Shown one piece after another: positions 59,681 to 59,788 of a DNA stretch of 59,788 nucleotides. The notes under the pieces were generated by a model. It worked only from the letters and a program-made list of their open reading frames with translations, was not told where the DNA came from and searched no databases. Origin of the DNA: Holosporales bacterium (GTDB lineage Bacteria > Pseudomonadota > Alphaproteobacteria > RUG11792); the NCBI GenBank assembly GCA_031270735.1, contig JAISWU010000034.1:1-59788 (forward strand), given 5' to 3'. A program made the translations under genes and the position numbers. Each line of letters begins with the position of its first letter. The stretch's first letter is position 1.

Positions 59681-59788
59681 CTAGCATCTCGGAAGGAGTA
59701 TGCTATGAAGATGAGGAAATTCAACCGGTTGAGCCCCCAAAAGAGGAACAAAATCTTTTTGTGCTTTGCAGAGGACTTAACCGCCACT
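59672..59788 (+). mobile_element. Inward-facing terminus of an IS-like repeat, right copy (continues past the window end)
   Basis: It is the reverse complement of nt 3-119. The element end reads GGCTCTTGACTAGC..., followed by the SD GGAAGGAG and the ATG at 59705. Confidence 0.6.
59705..59788 (+). CDS. 5' fragment (28 codons) of an outward-reading transposase-like gene, truncated by the window edge
   Basis: The peptide is MKMRKFNRLSPQKRNKIFLCFAEDLTAT, identical to the left copy. The only nucleotide difference is ATC versus ATT (Ile17), which is synonymous. Confidence 0.45.
   Translation, partial: MKMRKFNRLSPQKRNKIFLCFAEDLTAT

Noticed and set aside
1-59788. The idea that the window is a complete linear replicon or linear plasmid/phage with terminal inverted repeats.
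   Set aside because: The content is single-copy essential chromosome (rpoBC, ribosomal proteins, infB, parAB) without replication or telomere functions. The repeat also carries a truncated outward-reading ORF, so the sequence clearly continues beyond both ends.

Overview
This is a gene-dense stretch of bacterial chromosome with moderate GC by eye. About 55 protein genes are packed tightly, often with ATGA or GTGA start/stop overlaps, plus three tRNAs (Cys-GCA, Trp-CCA, Pro-UGG). I saw no rRNA, CRISPR array or prophage. The content looks alphaproteobacterial: a CckA-type hybrid histidine kinase with a TTAA-N7-TTAAC box upstream, rsmG-parA-parB with two consensus parS sites, and tolQRA plus pal. 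The window also carries secE-nusG-rplKAJL-rpoBC, rimP-nusA-infB, and a full envelope set (lpxC, gmhB-like, two class A PBPs, lgt, asd). Unrelated housekeeping genes sit side by side, orphan genes are present and IS-like repeats flank the window, which together suggest a host-associated, partly streamlined genome; that is inference only. The most notable structure is a 117-nt inverted repeat at the two ends of the window (3-119 and 59672-59788, one mismatch). It carries a Shine-Dalgarno (SD) site and the first 28 codons of a gene that reads outward at both ends, and the single mismatch is synonymous. So about 59.6 kb of core genome appears to lie between two inverted copies of an IS-like element. 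Other leads are a well-signalled 835-aa orphan upstream of asd, a MenA-like prenyltransferase fused to a HAD-like domain, an orphan gene after tRNA-Pro that runs into the repeat, a 45-codon lipoprotein-like ORF coupled to pth, and several promoter, operator or sRNA-like intergenic elements. All family calls rest on motifs I recognised in the translations; no database search was possible.
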